Origin: Macrostomum hystrix
Taxonomy: Eukaryota; Animalia; Platyhelminthes
Assembly: GCA_950097015.1 (NCBI GenBank)
Contig: CATNEN010000001.1
Span: forward strand, 11,284,001-11,348,000
Direction: 5' to 3'
DNA: 64,000 bases
This document shows positions 63,189 to 64,000 of the stretch, piece by piece. The position numbers were made by a program, and so were the translations under genes. The notes under the pieces are model-generated. The model searched no databases and was not told the origin of the DNA. It worked only from the letters and a program-made list of their open reading frames with translations. Within the stretch, counting starts at the first letter, position 1; the number at the start of each line of letters is the position of its first letter.

Positions 63189-64000
63189 ATTATTCGTTTA
63201 AGTAGAATCGGATCTATGAAAACTACTGAATTTACTCGTAGAGTTTAGCTGCTTTTAGATGGTTAGATAGATTTCATTGATTTGTGTCGTATTGATTATT
63301 AAATTTGAATTTTGACATTCTTTCTTTCGCTATGCAATGTTCTTGTCGATTGTTATTTCTTAAAACTAATGCAGTTAGAAAAAAAGTAAATAATATTTTG
63401 GGCTTGCATATAAATAGTTAGTAAATGATAATTGCGTATGTTTCATTATTTCAAGTCAACATTCCTTGTGCTAATTAAAAGTTCAATACAATTAAAAATT
63501 CACTTTGAAGTGCCGTGACTTTATATATGTTTAGTCCAATAATGTGTGTTTTTATTTATAGATTTCCTTATCTTTCAGTTTGTGAGTGCAAGCCCTGCCC
63601 AGCCCGCTACCCTCTGGCGTTTCCTTTCTGCCCCGCCAGCACCCCAGCCGCGTGCGTACATTGAGTGTACATTCCCTGCCCCGCTCCGGCGGGGCCTGTT
63701 ACCCCTCTGCCCCATGCAGGTTTCTTGTTCCCTCGTCCCTCCCTAGCCTGTGCCCGTCTGGTATAACTTATTTATTTTAATTTTGGCTTCTGCTTTTTAT
63801 TTTGTTATTTCGTTTTGGGAATGAAGCACTACTATATAATACTTTTATGTAATCTGAATCTATCTGTAAACAGCTATCTTTCGGGTGTGATTTTTTGTCT
63901 CCTTCGCTATCGCTATTCAATTCATTCAATTTAATGCTATGTTCTTACACGTAAATGAAACATTTATAACAAGAAAAGTAAGGATATTGCAGCCGTTAAG

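Noticed and set aside
63580-63770. C-rich island with GCCCCGC-TCCG-GCGGGGC hairpin downstream of SEC16
   Set aside because: Single occurrence with no assignable RNA family or coding signal.

Overview
Eukaryotic (metazoan) genomic DNA. The Q-rich exons and dense intronic minisatellites suggest a free-living flatworm such as Macrostomum (inference only). Four spliced genes were reconstructed by hand with consistent exon phases: a class II Rab11-FIP/Nuf-like gene (+, 3317-13523), an NR4A/HR38 nuclear receptor (-, 16136-21433), histidine decarboxylase (+, 30427-37611, with one GC-AG intron) and SEC16 (+, 44433-63188, ~2800 aa). SEC16 carries a 2.5-kb in-frame array of about 60 ASQAYQQQSAPPP(P) repeats. 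There is also a doubly frameshifted C-type-lectin/PAN pseudogene and two tRNA-derived SINE families, with an inverted pair bracketing three NR4A exons. More than 30 different minisatellites are present. Most introns carry their own array, often running from donor to acceptor. Unit lengths cluster at 20-21 bp, several units carry branch-point or splice-like words, four arrays share the palindromic core CCTGTCTAACAGG, and the clearly intergenic tracts have no arrays. Most long ORFs in the supplied track are repeat artefacts.
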